DNA from: Deltaproteobacteria bacterium
GTDB lineage: Bacteria; Desulfobacterota; GWC2-55-46; DRQE01
DNA length: 53,523 nucleotides
Assembly: GCA_016219105.1 (NCBI GenBank)
Contig: JACRCI010000032.1
Coordinates: forward strand, 1 to 53,523
Direction: 5' to 3'
Under the pieces are notes generated by a model. The model was not told the origin of the DNA. It did no database searches and saw only the letters and a list, made by a program, of their open reading frames with translations. This document shows, in pieces, positions 43,090 through 52,484 of this stretch (positions are counted from its first letter, which is position 1; every line of letters starts with the position of its first letter). A program made the position numbers and the translations under genes.

Positions 43090-43987
43090 GGGGATATTTT
43101 ATAAGGCCGGCGTAAGGGCCGGGAGGTACGGCCTGCCGGTCGTTGAGGGGCTCGGCGTTTTCAGGTTCCCCCGCGTCGTGAGGGTCGAGTCAACGGACAT
43201 ATGCAACGCGAGCTGCACCACCTGCACGCGGGAGATGATGACAAGGGCTGAGGGCGTCATGGACATGGGCCTTTACAAAAAGATAGTTGACGAATGCGGC
43301 CTGCATAAACTGAAGGCCATCCATCTCCATAACTTCGGCGAGCCCCTGATGGACAAATTCCTCTTTGAGAGGATTAAGTACGCGGGAGAAAAGGGGATAG
43401 CGACGAAGCTTTTTTCCAACTTTTCGCTCCTCGACGAGGATAAGGCGAAAAAACTCGTGGCCTCGGGATTGGGCATGATAAAGGTGAGCATAGACGGGAA
43501 CTCGAAAGAGACGTTCGAGACGATAAGGAGGGGGATAAAGTTCGATCGCGTCGTTCGGAACATAGAAACGCTCATAGACGTAAGGCGAAAGTCAGCTTCA
43601 AAAACCCCCAGGATAGGGCTCGTCTTCGTCGAGACCGAGAAGAACCGTTTTGAGAGGGAGGCCTTTGTCAAAAGGTGGAAGGGAAGGGTTGATTCAATCC
43701 ACATAAGCTCTTACCACAACTGGGGCGGCTCTCTCGACTCAAGCCGCGCCATGGAAACGAGAGGGCTTCCCTGCCTGAGGATCTGGCGGACCTTCACGGT
43801 ATTGTGGAACGGGGACGCGGCGCTTTGCTGCATGGACTACGACGGCAAGGTGATACTGGGGAACGTGAAAAAAGACACCATCTCGGCCATATTCAACGGA
43901 GAGAAACTCAGGAAAATAAGAGAGTATCATTTAAGGGGAGAGTTCAACAGGATACCGATATGCCTCAGGTGCGAGGCGCGGAGATAG
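43076..43987 (+). CDS. radical SAM protein with SPASM/twitch-like Cys-rich C-terminus, paralogue 2
   Basis: CNASCTTC, GEPL, CLRIW...WNGDAALCCMDYDG...CLRC. 14-nt overlap with the GT9 gene. Confidence 0.8.
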   Translation: MSALKGIFYKAGVRAGRYGLPVVEGLGVFRFPRVVRVESTDICNASCTTCTREMMTRAEGVMDMGLYKKIVDECGLHKLKAIHLHNFGEPLMDKFLFERIKYAGEKGIATKLFSNFSLLDEDKAKKLVASGLGMIKVSIDGNSKETFETIRRGIKFDRVVRNIETLIDVRRKSASKTPRIGLVFVETEKNRFEREAFVKRWKGRVDSIHISSYHNWGGSLDSSRAMETRGLPCLRIWRTFTVLWNGDAALCCMDYDGKVILGNVKKDTISAIFNGEKLRKIREYHLRGEFNRIPICLRCEARR

Positions 43988-44107
43988 GTCGCGCTGAAAA
44001 ACGCATGGCCCGTTTCGCCGGCATCCCCATCTAAACATTTGTAATCCTGCCGGTTTTTGTGATAAATTATCGCATTATTTAAAAAATCCAACTAAAAATC
44101 CAATACG

Positions 44108-45190
44108 ATGCGCCCTTCCGCGGATATAAAGAGGATTCTCATGCGCGTCCCCAACTGGATCGGGGACGCGGTTCTGTGCGAGCCTGCCCTGAGGGCATTG
44201 AAGGGGCTTTATCCGTCGGCCGAGATAATTGCGCTCGCAAAACCGCGGGTTGCCCCTGTTTTCGAGAATAACCCCGTCCTTTCCGGTATAATGGTGTATG
44301 ACGTAGAGTCTACACACGCGGGCTACGGCGGGCTCTTGAGGCTCAGCCGGAGGTTGAGGGCTGAAAAATTCGACATGGCCGTTCTTTTTCAAAACGCGTT
44401 CGAGGCCGCGCTCATAGCGTATCTGGCGCGTATACCGGAGAGGATAGGGTATGCGAGGGACTTAAGGACTCCGCTCCTTACCGGCCGTGTCGAACTGACC
44501 GGGGAAATAAAAAAAGAGCATCAGGTTTTTTATTACCTCAATATAATAAAGGAACTCGGCGGGAAGACCCCGGTCTTATCACCCTACCCTCCAACGTGCG
44601 CCGAGAAGGAGATCTTCCCTGAGATCCGCCTGAGGGACGCGGAGATACGCGGCGCGCAAGGGTTCCTCGAAAACAAAGGGTTCGGGGGCGGAGAATTTCT
44701 TTTCGGCGTGAGTCCGGGCGCGAGCTACGGCCCGGCGAAGAGATGGGGCGTCGGAGGGTTCAGGGAGGTAATAGAGAGGCTTTCAAAGGACACTGACTCC
44801 GCAGCCGTGATATTCGGCGGAAAGGACGATGAGGAGGTCTGCCGCGAACTCTCGGGGAATCTGAAGGTCAGACACCTTAACCTTGCCGGCAGAACCAGCC
44901 TGAGGGAGTTTATCGCGCTCGCCGCCCGGATGAGGTTTTTCATAACGAACGACTCGGGCCCCATGCACGTCGCGGCCGCCCTCGGGGTGCCGACCGTGGC
45001 CATATTCGGCTCTACCGAGCCGATGATGACCGGCCCGCTCGGGAAAAGGACCGAGGTCATCAGGAAAAAGGTCGAGTGCAGCCCGTGTTTTAAAAAAGAG
45101 TGTCCTTACGGGCATTACAAATGCATGAGCGCGATAAACCCTGATGAGGTGTATGCGGCCTCCAGGGCGTTTTTTACGGAGGCGGCTTAG
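44108..45190 (+). CDS. waaF: GT9 family ADP-heptose:LPS heptosyltransferase II-like
   Basis: ILMRVPNWIGDAVLCEPALRAL, GASYGPAKRW, NDSGPMHVAAALGVPTVAIFGST and C.PCF...CP motifs. Confidence 0.85.
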   Translation: MRPSADIKRILMRVPNWIGDAVLCEPALRALKGLYPSAEIIALAKPRVAPVFENNPVLSGIMVYDVESTHAGYGGLLRLSRRLRAEKFDMAVLFQNAFEAALIAYLARIPERIGYARDLRTPLLTGRVELTGEIKKEHQVFYYLNIIKELGGKTPVLSPYPPTCAEKEIFPEIRLRDAEIRGAQGFLENKGFGGGEFLFGVSPGASYGPAKRWGVGGFREVIERLSKDTDSAAVIFGGKDDEEVCRELSGNLKVRHLNLAGRTSLREFIALAARMRFFITNDSGPMHVAAALGVPTVAIFGSTEPMMTGPLGKRTEVIRKKVECSPCFKKECPYGHYKCMSAINPDEVYAASRAFFTEAA

Positions 45191-45193
45191 CAG

Positions 45194-45754
45194 GTGAGTA
45201 TGGCTGTGGCGGTGTTTCTCGACAGGGACGGCACGATAAACGAGGATACGGGCTACATCGGGCGTCCCGAAGAAGTGGCGCTTATCGTTGGCGCGGCCGG
45301 CGCCGTAAAGATGTTTAACAACGCGGGCATAAAGGTCTTTATCATAACGAATCAGTCCGGGGTGGGCAGGGGGTATTTCCCCTCGGAGACCCTTGAGGCC
45401 GTAAACCGGAGAGTCGTTGAGCTTTTGAGGCTTGAAGGCGCCGGCGTTGATGGGATATACTGTTGTCCGCACCGCCCCGAAGACGCATGCCCGTGCAGAA
45501 AGCCCGCAACCGGCCTTATAAGCCGCGCCGTTCGGGAGCACGGCGTGGATCCCTCAGGCTCATACGTCGTCGGGGATAAGGCGACCGACATAGGGCTCGC
45601 AAGGAATATCGGCGCAAAAGGGATACTGGTTTTGACGGGCAAGGGCAAAGAGGAACTCGGAAAACTTCCAACCCCGCCCGATTACGTGGCCGCGGACATG
45701 AGGGATGCGGCCGGGTGGATAATAAAAAGATGCGGGCAGGGGCCGGTTGTTTGA
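45194..45754 (+). CDS. gmhB: D-glycero-beta-D-manno-heptose 1,7-bisphosphate 7-phosphatase (HAD-IIIA); GTG start, or ATG at 45200
   Basis: FLDRDGTIN, TNQSGVGRG, CPHRPEDACPCRKP zinc motif, VGDK.TD. Confidence 0.9.
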   Translation: MSMAVAVFLDRDGTINEDTGYIGRPEEVALIVGAAGAVKMFNNAGIKVFIITNQSGVGRGYFPSETLEAVNRRVVELLRLEGAGVDGIYCCPHRPEDACPCRKPATGLISRAVREHGVDPSGSYVVGDKATDIGLARNIGAKGILVLTGKGKEELGKLPTPPDYVAADMRDAAGWIIKRCGQGPVV

Positions 45755-45784
45755 ATAGAAAAACCCTCCCGCGATACCGGATAT

Positions 45785-46363
45785 ATGCTGGATACCCTGA
45801 CGGGCCTCGATACCCGGCTTTTTTTTATACTGAACGGCTCGGTCGTAAACCCGGCCTTTGACGGGCTCTTTTTTCTGCTCACGAAAAAGCCCATCCTTAC
45901 GGCAATCGCCGCGGCGGTCTGGGCCTTCGCGTTTTTTGTCGGCTCCGGCAGGACCCGGTGGTTTTTGCTTTTAGGCGTCATCGCCTTCGCGGCGGACGAC
46001 CTCATCGTGTATGCGCTGAAGAACGCGTTTGCGAGGGTAAGGCCGTGCCACTTTTTAGGAGGCGTGAGGCTCATTACGGAATGCCCGGAGTCCTATTCGT
46101 TCCCCTCAAGGCACGCCTCCGGACTTTTTTCGTTGAGCGTGACGCTGGTCCTCGGGCTTAAAAGATACCGCGTTCCTCTTCTGGCCGCGGCCTTTATGGT
46201 GGCCTTTTCGAGGGTCTATTCCGGCGTGCACTATCCCGGGGACGTTCTGGCCGGCGCGTTTTTGGGTTCGGCGGTCGCTTTCGCGGTTTATTTCATAGAC
46301 AGGCGATATCAGCCCGGTTTTTTCGGAAGGATAAAAAACTTTATAACACACAGGGAGGTCTGA
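45785..46363 (+). CDS. PAP2-family membrane phosphatase (LpxE / undecaprenyl-diphosphatase-like)
   Basis: KNAFARVRP, SFPSRH and SRVYSGVHYPGDV acid-phosphatase motifs within TM helices. Confidence 0.85.
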   Translation: MLDTLTGLDTRLFFILNGSVVNPAFDGLFFLLTKKPILTAIAAAVWAFAFFVGSGRTRWFLLLGVIAFAADDLIVYALKNAFARVRPCHFLGGVRLITECPESYSFPSRHASGLFSLSVTLVLGLKRYRVPLLAAAFMVAFSRVYSGVHYPGDVLAGAFLGSAVAFAVYFIDRRYQPGFFGRIKNFITHREV

Positions 46364-47323
46364 TTGGCCGAGAGCGTGTCCGTCGTAATACCGGTCTTCG
46401 AGGAAGAGGAGAGCCTGCCGCATCTTTACGGTTCCTTGAAAAAGGTGCTGGACGGGCTTAAGAGGCCTTACGAGATAGTCTTCGTGGACGACGGGAGCAG
46501 GGATAACTCCATGAAGGTCCTCGAGGCCATGCAGGGGAAAGACCCTAACGTGGTCGTGGTGTCCTTCAGGAGGAACTTCGGCCAGACCGCGGCCATGGCC
46601 GCCGGGTTCGATTATTCAAAGGGGGATATCGTCATTACCATGGACGCGGACATGCAGAACGACCCGGCCGACATCCCGCTCCTCCTCGATAAGATAAAAG
46701 ACCACGACGTGGTGAGCGGCTGGAGGAAGGAGAGGAAGGACCCTTTCTTTACGCGCAGGCTCCCCTCCATGATAGCCAACGGGCTGATATCAGCGGTGAC
46801 CGGGGTAAAGCTCCATGACTACGGCTGCACGCTCAAGGCGTACAGGAGAGAGGTCGTGGAAAACATAAAGCTCTACGGCGAGATGCACCGTTTCATACCG
46901 GCCATCGCGAGCTGGGTGGGGGCCCGTATAACCGAGGCCGAAACCCGCCACCACCCGCGCAGGTACGGCCGCTCCAAGTACGGCATATCGAGGACCATAA
47001 GGGTCATCCTCGATCTGATTACGGTAAAGTTCCTCCAGAGCTTTTCAACGCGCCCCATCCACGCGTTCGGCCCGCCGGGGCTTTTGATGGGGGCCGGGGG
47101 GTTCCTGATATCGCTCTACCTGACTTACGAAAAACTCGCGCTGGGGCATTCGCTCGAGGGCAGACCGCTGCTTTTGCTCGCGGTGCTCCTCATGATACTC
47201 GGGGTGCAGCTCATAGTCATGGGGCTTTTGGGAGAGATGCTCGCCAGGGTCTATCACGAGTCCCAGGGTAAACCCATCTTCGTGGTGAAAAAAGTGCTCG
47301 GCAGACCCGCGGGGGGGCGGTGA
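46364..47323 (+). CDS. GT2 polyprenyl-phosphate glycosyltransferase (ArnC/Dpm1-like), TTG start
   Basis: VVIPVFEEEESL, VDDGSRD and MDADMQNDP (DxD) motifs, plus two C-terminal TM helices. Confidence 0.85.
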   Translation: MAESVSVVIPVFEEEESLPHLYGSLKKVLDGLKRPYEIVFVDDGSRDNSMKVLEAMQGKDPNVVVVSFRRNFGQTAAMAAGFDYSKGDIVITMDADMQNDPADIPLLLDKIKDHDVVSGWRKERKDPFFTRRLPSMIANGLISAVTGVKLHDYGCTLKAYRREVVENIKLYGEMHRFIPAIASWVGARITEAETRHHPRRYGRSKYGISRTIRVILDLITVKFLQSFSTRPIHAFGPPGLLMGAGGFLISLYLTYEKLALGHSLEGRPLLLLAVLLMILGVQLIVMGLLGEMLARVYHESQGKPIFVVKKVLGRPAGGR

Positions 47324-47417
47324 AGGAATATCTCGCATGCGCAAATGCGGCTCAGGCGAAGACGCCGCCCATAACGCCCGCAGCGGCGTTCGTAAGCAGT
47401 ATGGAAGCCCGCCGCAG

Positions 47418-48383
47418 ATGGTGAAGAAATGGCTCATGCCCATACTGAAGGTCGCGGTAAGCGTTCTCATCCTCTACGCGCTTTTCAGGAACGTTGACCC
47501 GCGGCTCCTCTGGAGGACGTTTTCTTCGGTAAGCCCGTGGGCCATCGCGCTTGCGGCGGTCATCTACGTCATCGCGCAGAGCCTCTCGACATGGCGCTGG
47601 GCGACTATATTGAGGGAAGACGTTACAATAACGTATAAAGACCTTCTCTCGATATATTTCATAGGGATGTTCTTCAACAACTTCCTCCCCACGATAGTCG
47701 GTGGGGATATCGTAAAGGGTTATTACCTGTACAGGAAGACGGATAGGGCCGAGGTCGCCTTTGCCTCCATCTTCATGGACAGGTATTCGGGTTTCGCGGC
47801 CCTCATGGCCATAACCCTCGTCGCGCTTCTTGTCGGCTGGAGGGTCGTCTACTCCATCGGCGGGGCCGGGCTTATCGCGGTTTTTTTCCTGCTCATAGGC
47901 GGGTTTACCGGCGCAAGTCTTTTTATGTGGTCTGAGGGCCTCCACAGCCGGCTTGTAAGCGTGCTGGGAAAGATCCGGCTTTTCGGGTTCAATGAGAAGA
48001 TAGACAGGTTCTACGGGGTTTTCATGAGTTACAGGGGGAGGCGCGGGGTGCTCGCGAGGGTTTTTGCCTTTTCCCTCATAATCCAGGCGGGCGTGATAGC
48101 GGCTTATTTCATCCTCGGGGCCGCAATGGGCATGGACGTCCCGGCGGGTTATTTTTTCCTCTTTATCCCGCTCGCCACAAGCGCCTCCATGATACCTTTT
48201 TCGCTTTCCGGCCTCGGCATACGGGAGGGCGTGCTGGTGTTCCTTTTCACGAGGGCCGGGGCCAGCGCCGAGGCGGCCCTCGGCATGGGGCTTATGTGGT
48301 TTTTTATCGCGGCGGTCGTAAGCACGTATGGCGCGTTTGAGTACATGAAGGCCGGGGGGCGGAAAAATTCAGCAGCCTGTTAG
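47418..48383 (+). CDS. flippase-like membrane protein (lysyl-PG synthase TM-region / UPF0104 family)
   Basis: About 8 TM helices with the FFNNFLPT.VGGD..K motif typical of this family. Start at MVKKWLMPILK chosen over the tracked 47337. Confidence 0.7.
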   Translation: MVKKWLMPILKVAVSVLILYALFRNVDPRLLWRTFSSVSPWAIALAAVIYVIAQSLSTWRWATILREDVTITYKDLLSIYFIGMFFNNFLPTIVGGDIVKGYYLYRKTDRAEVAFASIFMDRYSGFAALMAITLVALLVGWRVVYSIGGAGLIAVFFLLIGGFTGASLFMWSEGLHSRLVSVLGKIRLFGFNEKIDRFYGVFMSYRGRRGVLARVFAFSLIIQAGVIAAYFILGAAMGMDVPAGYFFLFIPLATSASMIPFSLSGLGIREGVLVFLFTRAGASAEAALGMGLMWFFIAAVVSTYGAFEYMKAGGRKNSAAC

Positions 48384-48407
48384 ACGAAAACTCTTCGGGA
48401 GGTTTAT

Positions 48408-48581
48408 ATGACGGTAGACAGCGAGCTCCTTTCCATTCTCGTATGCCCGGCCTGCAAGGGCGGGATAAAACTCAATGACGCGGAGACCGGCATTGTATGC
48501 GAAAAGTGCAGGCTCCTTTTCCCCGTGGAGGACGGCATACCCGTTATGATGATAGAGGAGGCGAAACCCCTCGGGCGGTAG
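48408..48581 (+). CDS. Trm112/UPF0434 (YcaR-like) zinc-ribbon protein, 57 aa, below the ORF-track length cut-off
   Basis: MTVDSELLSILVCPACKGGIKLNDAETGIVCEKCRLLFPVEDGIPVMMIEEAKPLGR: L..L.CP.CKG.L...........C..C...(F/Y)P..DGIP.(M/L)L..EA is the family signature. GGGAGG SD upstream. Confidence 0.8.
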   Translation: MTVDSELLSILVCPACKGGIKLNDAETGIVCEKCRLLFPVEDGIPVMMIEEAKPLGR

Positions 48582-48607
48582 CGGCATATGGCGAAGGAAG
48601 GGTTTTG

Positions 48608-49513
48608 GTGAGAGTGGATTTCCTGGCCTATATCGCATGCAGGACGTTCGTATGGTTCGTAAACCTTCTGCCACTTTCCGCGGCCCTGAGGCTCGGCAAC
48701 GCCATAGGAGGGGCCGCCTTCAGGCTCCACGGAGCGCGCAGACGGATGGTCGCGGATAACATCATGAAGGCATTCGGCCCTCAAATGACCTCAGCCGGCG
48801 CGCTTGCCATCGCCGCTTCGTTTTACAGGAACCTCGGCGCAAGCCTCGTCGAATTCGCGAGGATTGAAAGGCTCGATAGAGCTTACGTAGACTTAAACGT
48901 AACCTTCGAGGGGCTTGAGCACGCGGACAGGGAGCTTAAAAAAGGCAAAGGGGTTGTCTTCCTGAGCGCGCACTTCGGCAACTGGGAGCTTCTTAACGCC
49001 TCTCTGGCCCTTAAGGGATACCCGGTTAACGCGGTGGTGCGGCCGCTGGACAATCCATACATGGACGATTATATAGAACGGCTCAGGACCAGGTTCGGCG
49101 GCTCGGTCATAGGGAAGAAAAACGCGGTCAGGAAGATGATGGGCGTGCTGAACCGAAACGGCATACTCGGGATATTGCTCGACCAGAGGGCCTCGAGGAG
49201 GGACGGCGTCGAGGTGGATTTTTTCGGCCTTCCCGCGCGCACGAGCAAGGGGCTTGCCGCGATAGTCATGAAGACAGGCTCCGCCGTCATCCCGGTGTTC
49301 ATACGCAGGGAGGGGGGGCTGAGGGGGGGGCTTAAGCACAGGGTCACGCTCAGGCCGCCTCTTGAGATTACCTCCACCGGCCTCAGGGAGGAGGCAATAA
49401 GGGAGAACACGCAGAGGTTTACCTCCGCCATAGAGGGATTCATCAGGCCCTACCCCTCCGAGTGGTTCTGGTTCCATTCGAGGTGGGAGAGAAGAAGGAA
49501 GAGGCAATCATAG
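48608..49513 (+). CDS. lipid A biosynthesis late acyltransferase (LpxL/HtrB family); GTG start tentative
   Basis: N-terminal TM, SAHFGNWEL (H.x4.E acyltransferase motif), LLDQ and FFG.PA.T..G.A blocks. Confidence 0.8.
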   Translation: MRVDFLAYIACRTFVWFVNLLPLSAALRLGNAIGGAAFRLHGARRRMVADNIMKAFGPQMTSAGALAIAASFYRNLGASLVEFARIERLDRAYVDLNVTFEGLEHADRELKKGKGVVFLSAHFGNWELLNASLALKGYPVNAVVRPLDNPYMDDYIERLRTRFGGSVIGKKNAVRKMMGVLNRNGILGILLDQRASRRDGVEVDFFGLPARTSKGLAAIVMKTGSAVIPVFIRREGGLRGGLKHRVTLRPPLEITSTGLREEAIRENTQRFTSAIEGFIRPYPSEWFWFHSRWERRRKRQS

Positions 49514-49514
49514 C

Positions 49515-50162
49515 ATGGCGGATCCGAAACCCGAAGGCGCGAAGGGATTCAGCTGGAGCACTTTTTACGGATACCGTAAGGAGATACGGAAGTTCTACCC
49601 ATCGGTATACGGCCTCAGGATACGGAAGAAGCTCTTTGACGTGGTCATGGAGGAGGTTCTCTCCGGCGACAGGGTGCTGGACGTGGGCGCGTCCACCCGC
49701 AGCCTCGGCGAGAGGATACAGGCAAGGGCTCCGGCCGTCACGTATAAAACGATGGACATAGACAGGGCAGGCTCGCACGACTACTACAGCCTTGACGATA
49801 TAAAGGAGAGGTTCAACCTGATAATACTTTCCGAGGTGATAGAGCACCTTGAGTTCAACGACGGGATAGGGCTCCTCAGGAGATTAAACGGCCTTCTTGC
49901 GCCGGGCGGAAAAATAATAATCTCAACCCCGAATATGCACCACCCGAACCGCTGGTGGGATTCTGACCACAGGACATCCTACAGGTATGACGAGATAGCC
50001 GGGGCGCTCGTGTGGACGGGTTATGAGATTAAAGGCATATACCGCATCTATAACGACCAGTTTGCAAGGCGTTTTGTAAGGCTTCACCTCATGGCGTGGC
50101 TGCACAGGTACCTGGACGTTGACTTCGCCACCTCCGTAGTCGTGGTAGCCGTAAAAAAATGA
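49515..50162 (+). CDS. class I SAM-dependent methyltransferase
   Basis: Motif I VLDVGAS and post-motif LSEVIEHLE...LAPGGKIIISTPN. Confidence 0.75.
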   Translation: MADPKPEGAKGFSWSTFYGYRKEIRKFYPSVYGLRIRKKLFDVVMEEVLSGDRVLDVGASTRSLGERIQARAPAVTYKTMDIDRAGSHDYYSLDDIKERFNLIILSEVIEHLEFNDGIGLLRRLNGLLAPGGKIIISTPNMHHPNRWWDSDHRTSYRYDEIAGALVWTGYEIKGIYRIYNDQFARRFVRLHLMAWLHRYLDVDFATSVVVVAVKK

Positions 50163-51322
50163 GGATCGCGCTGGTATCGAGGGGCTTTTCCCTCTCATGG
50201 GGCGGGGCGGAGAGGGTGGCTGTCAGCGTTGCCATGGAGCTTACCAGGGCCGGCCACGATGTCCATGTATATGCCGGCCGCGCAGAGGCCGCCGCGGCCC
50301 CCCCCGATGGAGTTACTCTCCACAGGGTTCCCTCCGGCGGCGCGTTTCCGTCGGCGATTAAGGTGCTGAGTTTCAACAGGAACTTAAGAGAGGGGCTCAA
50401 TAGCGGAGGCTACGACGCGGTGTTGGGCCTCACCCAGGTTTTCCCTCTCGACGTGTATAGGGCAAGCGGCGGGGTTCACGCGCACTGGATGCGGCTGCGC
50501 TACCCCAACCGGCTGGCGCGCGCGCTTAAATACATGACCTCGCCGGTGCATCTCGCGGTCGTCTGGCTTGAAAAAAAGATTATGGAGCCGGGGAACCATC
50601 GGCTCATAATCGCCAACTCGAATCTCGTCAAAGGACACATCAAGGGTTATTTTAACGTCGCGGACGCCGACGTGAGGGTCGTCTATAACGGAGTTGACCG
50701 CGATGTCTTCAATCCGGGCGTTAAAAGATTCAGGGAGGAAGTAAGGCGCAGGCTCGGAGTCGGCGACGAAAGGGTGGTTGGGCTTTTCGTCTCCAACAAC
50801 TGGGAGCGCAAGGGGCTTGCAACGGTTCTGAGGGCGCTCAGCCCCGGCGGCGGCGTTACGGTCGTGGTCGTCGGCAGGGGCAGAAAAGGCCGGTTTTCGA
50901 GGCTCGCGAAAAGGCTGGGGCTCGGAGGCGAATCGGTCGTATTCGCGGGGACGACCGAGAGGATAGAGGAGTTTTACGGGGCGGCCGATTTTTCCGTCCT
51001 GCCGACGCAGTACGACCCGTGCAGCAATACCTGTCTTGAGGCCATGGCCTGCGGCCTCCCGGTCGTTACCACGATGACAAACGGCGCCTCCGAACTCGTA
51101 ACGCACGGAGAGAACGGCTTCGTGCTCGACGAGTGGGATGATGCGCGGACGCTTAAAGGGTTCTTAACGCAGCTTGCGGACGGGCGGACGAGGGAGCGTA
51201 TGGGCGCAAAGGCGCACGAGGCCATGAGGGATTTTACGTGGGAGAGGACGGCGCGCGAGATTGCCGGCATCTGCGGAGAGGCTGTCGCAATCAAGCGCAA
51301 AAAAGGGGCAGGGCCGCGATGA
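50159..51322 (+). CDS. GT4-family (GT-B fold) glycosyltransferase, RfaG-like
   Basis: MRIALVSRGFS.SWGGAERV N-terminus and C-terminal E.......E context CLEAMACGLPVVTT...SELV..G.NGF. Confidence 0.85.
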   Translation: MRIALVSRGFSLSWGGAERVAVSVAMELTRAGHDVHVYAGRAEAAAAPPDGVTLHRVPSGGAFPSAIKVLSFNRNLREGLNSGGYDAVLGLTQVFPLDVYRASGGVHAHWMRLRYPNRLARALKYMTSPVHLAVVWLEKKIMEPGNHRLIIANSNLVKGHIKGYFNVADADVRVVYNGVDRDVFNPGVKRFREEVRRRLGVGDERVVGLFVSNNWERKGLATVLRALSPGGGVTVVVVGRGRKGRFSRLAKRLGLGGESVVFAGTTERIEEFYGAADFSVLPTQYDPCSNTCLEAMACGLPVVTTMTNGASELVTHGENGFVLDEWDDARTLKGFLTQLADGRTRERMGAKAHEAMRDFTWERTAREIAGICGEAVAIKRKKGAGPR

Positions 51323-52326
51323 GGATGGCCTTCCTTACGACACGCCTGGAAAAACCCAGCGCGCGGTACAGGTTCCTTCAGTATGTCCCGTATCTTGAAA
51401 AAAACGGGTTTTCGGTCGAGTCCTTCATCATCCCCCGTGGGCTCGCCGGAAGGCCGGGCCTTTTTAAATCCATGAGGGATTTTGACGTGGTGTTCCTCCA
51501 GCGCAAACTCCTCGGCGCAATCGAATGGATGTTGCTGAGAAGAAACGCAAAGAGGATAGTCTTTGACTTCGATGACGCCATAATGTTCAGGGATTCAAGA
51601 AAATCCGAAAAGTCCTCGGCCATGAGGATGAGGAGGTTCGCCAGGACTGTGGCGGGCGCGGATGCGGTCATAGCAGGCAACAGGTATCTTGGGGAATGGG
51701 CGCTTAAACACAACCCCAATACCTTCGAGGTCCCGACGTCCATAGACATGGAAAGGTATGTGCAAAAACGGCCTTCGCCGGACGATGGGGTGGTTACGCT
51801 CGGTTGGATAGGGAGCGCCGTAACGCTCCACTACATCGAAGGTATGAAGGAGGTATTTTGCGAGGCGCACAGGCAATTCCCGTCCACGCGGCTTAAGGTC
51901 GTGGCCGACAGGTTTTTTGACTGCGCGGACATGCCGGTTGTGAAAAAGCAGTGGAACTGGGACGAGGAGATCTCGGACCTCCACAGCTTTGACGTCGGGC
52001 TCATGCCCCTTACCGATGATGCGTGGTCGAGGGGGAAATGCGGCTTTAAGCTCCTGCAGTGCATGGCGGTCGGGGTTGCCTCCGTTGCCTCGCCCGTTGG
52101 CGTGAACTCCGAGATAATAAGGGACGGGGTGAACGGGTTTCTGGCGGCGAAAGACAACGACTGGATAAGGTGCCTAGGTCTCCTCATCAAGGACGCCTCT
52201 CTCAGAAAGCGCCTTGGCGTCGAGGCGAGAAAGACCGTTATAGAGAGGTATTCCGTTGAAAAAAACGCCCCGCGCATCATGGCCGTAATAAGGGCATCCA
52301 TCGAGGCTGCAGCGCCCGGGCGGTAG
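51319..52326 (+). CDS. GT-B fold glycosyltransferase (group 1-like)
   Basis: C-terminal KLLQCMAVGVASVASPVGVNSEIIRDGVNGFLA. The ATGA overlap with the upstream GT4 supports the start at 51319. Confidence 0.7.
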   Translation: MRMAFLTTRLEKPSARYRFLQYVPYLEKNGFSVESFIIPRGLAGRPGLFKSMRDFDVVFLQRKLLGAIEWMLLRRNAKRIVFDFDDAIMFRDSRKSEKSSAMRMRRFARTVAGADAVIAGNRYLGEWALKHNPNTFEVPTSIDMERYVQKRPSPDDGVVTLGWIGSAVTLHYIEGMKEVFCEAHRQFPSTRLKVVADRFFDCADMPVVKKQWNWDEEISDLHSFDVGLMPLTDDAWSRGKCGFKLLQCMAVGVASVASPVGVNSEIIRDGVNGFLAAKDNDWIRCLGLLIKDASLRKRLGVEARKTVIERYSVEKNAPRIMAVIRASIEAAAPGR

Positions 52327-52379
52327 GCCGTTTTTCGGCGGCGTATGGACGTCGGGAGATTCCCGCGTCCCCGAACCTC

Positions 52380-52408
52380 TTGTCTTGACTTCCCCTCCCA
52401 TTTATAAT
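52380..52408 (+). promoter_or_regulatory. candidate sigma70 promoter upstream of radical SAM paralogue 3
   Basis: TTGTCT (52380..52385), 17-nt spacer, TATAAT (52403..52408). Confidence 0.3.
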
Positions 52409-52484
52409 ATCTTATTTTTATTGCGAAAAACGCGTTATTCGAGGCATACGGCCTCCTTTAAAGGGGATGCCGGCAAAAGGATTA

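Noticed and set aside
41172-44107. Short precursor-peptide (RiPP) genes next to the SPASM-type radical SAM genes
   Set aside because: The spacers 41172..41251 and 43988..44107 contain only a 9-codon ORF (MARFAGIPI) with no SD. No Cys/Gly-rich leader-core candidate is present, and the gene context is LPS biosynthesis.
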